Positions 17,186-20,000 of a DNA stretch of 20,000 nucleotides are shown one piece after another. The position numbers were made by a program, and so were the translations under genes. Source of the stretch: an uncultured virus (IMG/VR IMGVR_UViG_3300010885_062553) (taxonomy: Duplodnaviria; Heunggongvirae; Uroviricota; Caudoviricetes); the IMG/VR virus record IMGVR_UViG_3300010885_062553. One strand, 5' to 3'. Position 1 is the stretch's first letter, and every line of letters begins with the position of its first letter. Below the pieces are notes generated by a model. The model was not told where the DNA came from and searched no databases. It saw only the letters and a list, made by a program, of their open reading frames with translations.

Positions 17186-17705
17186 TGAATTCAATTCAGG
17201 TCTTTATGAATCTGATGGATTTGGAACTTCGCCATTTTTACTAAAAAAAGTTAGTGATGTTTACCACTACTTCTTTAATATAGAGAGCGAAGATGAGAAA
17301 GGCCATATGGGATATCATTTAACCATAGGAAAATATTCAGATAAAGAAATGATCACAGGTGCTAAAAATTCATATTGCGTTTTAGCTCTAAATCAAATCT
17401 CTCCGGAAATTATAGAGGATCTTGCAATTGACAAAGAGGAGATTCCTGATCAGCATGATGAAAAATTCGAAGCTTCAGGCGGTGAAGTTTCTAGACTTAT
17501 GGAAATTTGTTCTAAATGTATTTTGAATTATTTGGAATTGAATCCAAAGGTGAGTAGAATCTACGATGAAATCCAACAAAATCTTTCTTTCCAAGGTAAA
17601 GGAACCTATATTGAATATATGAAATCTATAGTTATTTCATATCTAGGTGAAAATTGGAGAGTTCAAGAGGGATCTACAAAAAATTCGGTGTTAATTAGCA
17701 GATAG
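17166..17705 (+). CDS. Hypothetical protein, candidate internal head protein
   Basis: 179 aa starting MKILRFNEFNSGLYE; overlaps the fusion gene by 20 nt. Confidence 0.7.
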   Translation: MKILRFNEFNSGLYESDGFGTSPFLLKKVSDVYHYFFNIESEDEKGHMGYHLTIGKYSDKEMITGAKNSYCVLALNQISPEIIEDLAIDKEEIPDQHDEKFEASGGEVSRLMEICSKCILNYLELNPKVSRIYDEIQQNLSFQGKGTYIEYMKSIVISYLGENWRVQEGSTKNSVLISR

Positions 17706-17758
17706 GAAACAAAGGGTTTTTTGACACATATAATATAGATTAAAAAAAACAATTAATT

Positions 17759-17938
17759 ATGGAAACGTTTGAAAAAATGCAGGCTCTGCTGGAGAGCTTA
17801 AAACCAGACATCACTAAGGTTTTTGAAAAAGGTAATTCTTCAGCAGGAACCAGGGTTAGACAAGCCATGCAAGATCTTAAGAAAATGGCTCAAGATTTAA
17901 GAGTTGAAGTTCAAGATGCTAAAAAGAAAGTAAATTAA
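17759..17938 (+). CDS. Histone H1-like (Hc1-family) small DNA-binding protein
   Basis: Not in the ORF track (59 aa). Translated by hand: METFEKMQALLESLKPDITKVFEKGNSSAGTRVRQAMQDLKKMAQDLRVEVQDAKKKVN; KGN-x-x-AGTR-x-R...LKK....LR is the Hc1 signature. Confidence 0.85.
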   Translation: METFEKMQALLESLKPDITKVFEKGNSSAGTRVRQAMQDLKKMAQDLRVEVQDAKKKVN

Positions 17939-17961
17939 TAAACCTTTAAAACCTAAATTAA

Positions 17962-18186
17962 ATGAGTTACTACTTAGTAAAAGTAAATTTCGAGACTGGT
18001 GATGTTAAACAAAACGGAGATCCGGTTTTCAAAAAGATCGAATTCCTTGTATCGGGAGAATCTGTCATAGAGGTGGAAACCAAAGTGGCCAAGTATCTTG
18101 ATGGTACAGTGGGTGGATTTGAGACCACTAACATCTCAAAAACAAAAATAGAGGCTGTCATCAGCAACGAAGATGTCCAAAACTAA
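17962..18186 (+). CDS. DUF4494-like small protein
   Basis: YYLVKV.F....NG....KKIEFLV.GESVIEVETKV..YL....FETTNISKTKI matches my recollection of the Bacteroidota/phage DUF4494 pattern. Confidence 0.55.
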   Translation: MSYYLVKVNFETGDVKQNGDPVFKKIEFLVSGESVIEVETKVAKYLDGTVGGFETTNISKTKIEAVISNEDVQN

Positions 18187-18415
18187 AAGTGCAGAAATTG
18201 GATCATATGCACCACCACAATCCCCAATTGCTATCCAACCAGGGGATACCGGATTTAAAACAGTAGGAAAAGCCTACAATAGATTCGTCTGGACTTTCAA
18301 TGATTGGCATAAAAATAAGAAGAAAATTATAGATCCCGATAAAAACTGGGGTCTTTCTTCTAAACCTATTAGCGATTCTGAATGGAAAAAAAAGAAAAAA
18401 GACCTATATCTTTAG
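18173..18415 (+). CDS. Small basic, Trp-containing hypothetical protein
   Basis: 80 aa; overlaps the previous gene by 14 nt; its stop codon lies inside a terminator hairpin. Confidence 0.6.
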   Translation: MSKTKSAEIGSYAPPQSPIAIQPGDTGFKTVGKAYNRFVWTFNDWHKNKKKIIDPDKNWGLSSKPISDSEWKKKKKDLYL

Positions 18416-18425
18416 GTCTTTTTTT
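18395..18425 (+). terminator. Intrinsic terminator (possibly bidirectional)
   Basis: AAAAAAGACCTA (18395-18406), loop TATCTT, TAGGTCTTTTTT (18413-18424): 12-bp perfect inverted repeat with a T7 tail. Confidence 0.7.
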
Positions 18426-18427
18426 AT

Positions 18428-18435
18428 GATATATA
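18428..18435 (+). promoter_or_regulatory. GATATATA motif, candidate phage late promoter
   Basis: Exact 8-mer directly downstream of the terminator and 14 nt before ATG 18450. Confidence 0.6.
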
Positions 18436-18449
18436 CAAGAAAGAAAACT

Positions 18450-18818
18450 ATGCCAGCAGTTACAAAATCACAACAGAGACTAATGGGACTTGCCTACGGT
18501 ATAAAAACCGGGGATATTCAACCATCTGATCTTAATCCAAAATATAGGGATGAGATCGTTGCTTTGTCTAAAAAGATGACAAAGAAGCAGCTGAAGGATT
18601 TTGCTTCTACAAAGCATAAGGGATTGGTTGATGAAAAACAGATCAAAGATTTGCCAATGAGCTTGGAACCAATTCCATCAAAGACCATGCCTATTTTTAA
18701 ACCCCATGGTCCTGGAAAAATAGTTCCATTTTTAGACCCGGATTCTAAGCAAAGAAGAAAGGGAAAGAAGAATCTTCAAAATTTAAAAGACTACAGAGAC
18801 TGGTCTTCCAATAGATAA
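18450..18818 (+). CDS. DUF3008-like protein with C-terminal extension
   Basis: MPAVTKSQQRLMGLAYGIKTG...MTKKQLKDFASTKHKGL matches the DUF3008 pattern (MPA.SK.QQ...M....L...AST..KG); start moved from 18426 to the MPA methionine. Confidence 0.7.
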   Translation: MPAVTKSQQRLMGLAYGIKTGDIQPSDLNPKYRDEIVALSKKMTKKQLKDFASTKHKGLVDEKQIKDLPMSLEPIPSKTMPIFKPHGPGKIVPFLDPDSKQRRKGKKNLQNLKDYRDWSSNR

Positions 18819-18820
18819 TT

Positions 18821-19648
18821 ATGAGCGTAATAGGAGGATATATCAAAAATTTAGGAATGGGCAACAGAAACGTGCAAAGTCACAATTCTGTAGAGGGACT
18901 TATTAGATCCACACTTGGATCCCGTTTCATCGAAAATTCGGCACCTAAGCAAATCCCAGCACCTGCACCAGAACCAATACAGGAAAAACGGGAAATCCCT
19001 GTTCACCCTTCTATAGATTCTACTTTAGAAAATATAAATGAGGTTCTAAAAGAAACGAAGTCTCAAGACATTTCTGAGAGGATCCCTCAAAAGAAAAAAC
19101 CACAGGCTCCTCCAATCAAGAAAAAGAAACCTATTAGCGAGACTAGAAAACTTAGTCCTTTCCAGGAAGCTCTTCTTATGGAAAGTGAATCTGAATTTTC
19201 TTCAATCCCCGCTAAATCTTCAGTTAATGAAGGACCCAGGGAAACTCCAAGATATGAAGAAAGCGAACCAGTTCGCAATACAACAAGATATGATGAGCCT
19301 GAATCTTTAGGCCCAATTATAAGAAGAAAAGAGTATATTTTTCATAGAGATTCTGATGAAACATTTGAATGTAAAGTTAACATCGAAGGGGGAAGTCAGG
19401 AAAGCAACAAAGCTAGATTATTTTTAAAGACAGATGTTTGGAACTTAACATTTGATGGTTCTATAAGAAAAGATGGAACTTGTCAAGTTCCATTAAAGAA
19501 ATTAACTGTGCTTCCAGAAGGAACAACAGGAACAGCTTTTTTAGAAATAATAGTAGATGATGTTGTTTTTATCCCCTGGGAAAGTCCATTCAGAGTCGGT
19601 ACTTACAAAAGGGTTTCAATTCAATCACCATCTTTAAGCAGAAGATAA
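18821..19648 (+). CDS. Hypothetical protein: disordered N-terminal two-thirds plus C-terminal beta-sandwich-like domain
   Basis: P/E/K/S-rich N-terminus with many [ILV]-x-E tripeptides; C-terminal domain FECKVNIEG...ARL...G.C.VPL..L...G...LEIIVDD..F.PW. Confidence 0.65.
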   Translation: MSVIGGYIKNLGMGNRNVQSHNSVEGLIRSTLGSRFIENSAPKQIPAPAPEPIQEKREIPVHPSIDSTLENINEVLKETKSQDISERIPQKKKPQAPPIKKKKPISETRKLSPFQEALLMESESEFSSIPAKSSVNEGPRETPRYEESEPVRNTTRYDEPESLGPIIRRKEYIFHRDSDETFECKVNIEGGSQESNKARLFLKTDVWNLTFDGSIRKDGTCQVPLKKLTVLPEGTTGTAFLEIIVDDVVFIPWESPFRVGTYKRVSIQSPSLSRR

Positions 19649-19649
19649 G

Positions 19650-20000
19650 ATGTCAGGTAATAATCCAAATTATAACCTCACCGACCAAAAGATCTCATTC
19701 ACATTTCAGAACGTTTTACAGACTGATGGATTTGGTAATTTTTACAATGGTCTGGGCGATGAGATAACGATTTCCGGCGGAGGTGGAGGTGGCACGGGTC
19801 CTACTGGACCAATAGGTCCAACTGGCCCTGCAGGAGGTCCTATAGGTCCTACAGGAGCTACTGGATCAACTGGATCAACTGGATCAACAGGATCAACAGG
19901 ATCAACAGGTTCTACCGGATCAACTGGATCAACTGGAGCTACAGGAGCTACCGGAACTGCAGGATCAACAGGAGCTACCGGAACTGCAGGATCAACTGGA
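19650..20000 (+). CDS. Collagen-like (Gly-X-Thr) fibre protein, 3'-truncated
   Basis: Not in the ORF track because it has no stop in the window. ATG 19650: [77 protein letters not shown]... open to the edge. Confidence 0.85.
   Translation, partial: MSGNNPNYNLTDQKISFTFQNVLQTDGFGNFYNGLGDEITISGGGGGGTGPTGPIGPTGPAGGPIGPTGATGSTGSTGSTGSTGSTGSTGSTGSTGATGATGTAGSTGATGTAGSTG
19797..20000 (+). repeat. 9-bp-period coding tandem repeat (GGATCAAC[T/A] and variants) encoding Gly-X-Thr collagen triplets
   Basis: Direct tandem units ggatcaact/ggatcaaca/ggagctaca/ggagctacc/ggaactgca; purest stretch begins at 19863. Confidence 0.9.

Noticed and set aside
17721..17750. Sigma70 promoter based on a perfect TTGACA
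   Set aside because: There is no -10 hexamer at 16-18 nt spacing; the nearby TATAAT is only 2 nt downstream.
19797..20000. CRISPR array
   Set aside because: The units are 9 bp, contiguous, have no spacers and encode in-frame collagen triplets.
1..20000. Stop-codon reassignment as seen in some large phages; tRNA genes; diversity-generating retroelement
   Set aside because: Conserved genes are full length in code 11 and end in TAA, TAG and TGA; no cloverleaf was seen in the short intergenic gaps; no reverse transcriptase or adenine-variable repeat pair was seen.

Overview
AT-rich, gene-dense segment with every credible gene on the + strand. It looks like a large T4-like (probably jumbo) myophage, most likely infecting Bacteroidota, and reads in the standard genetic code. 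Left (1-6970): virion and lysis genes, comprising two paralogous Gly/Ser/Thr-rich fibre-like proteins, a membrane protein with a spanin-like layout, a 747-aa probable structural protein and a T4 gp3-like tail-completion protein. Middle (7581-13552): T4-type replication and recombination core (RuvC-like resolvase, gp32 SSB, gp61 primase, UvsY, UvsW) with a free-standing GIY-YIG/NUMOD homing endonuclease between uvsY and uvsW. Right (13587-20000): a four-gene operon encoding three unrelated nucleotidyl-transfer folds (Pol-beta NTase; Rnl2-like ligase domain fused to a HIGH-family NTase), then an Hc1-like protein missed by the ORF track, DUF4494- and DUF3008-like genes and a 3'-truncated collagen-like protein. 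Two patterns run across the window: an intergenic GATATATA motif (candidate variant of the T4 late promoter) and a shared N-terminal peptide resembling the T4 capsid-targeting sequence with a [IL]-x-E protease site. Together they suggest the nucleotidyltransferase module is made late, packaged in the head and injected. All family calls come from motif recognition by eye, not from database searches.
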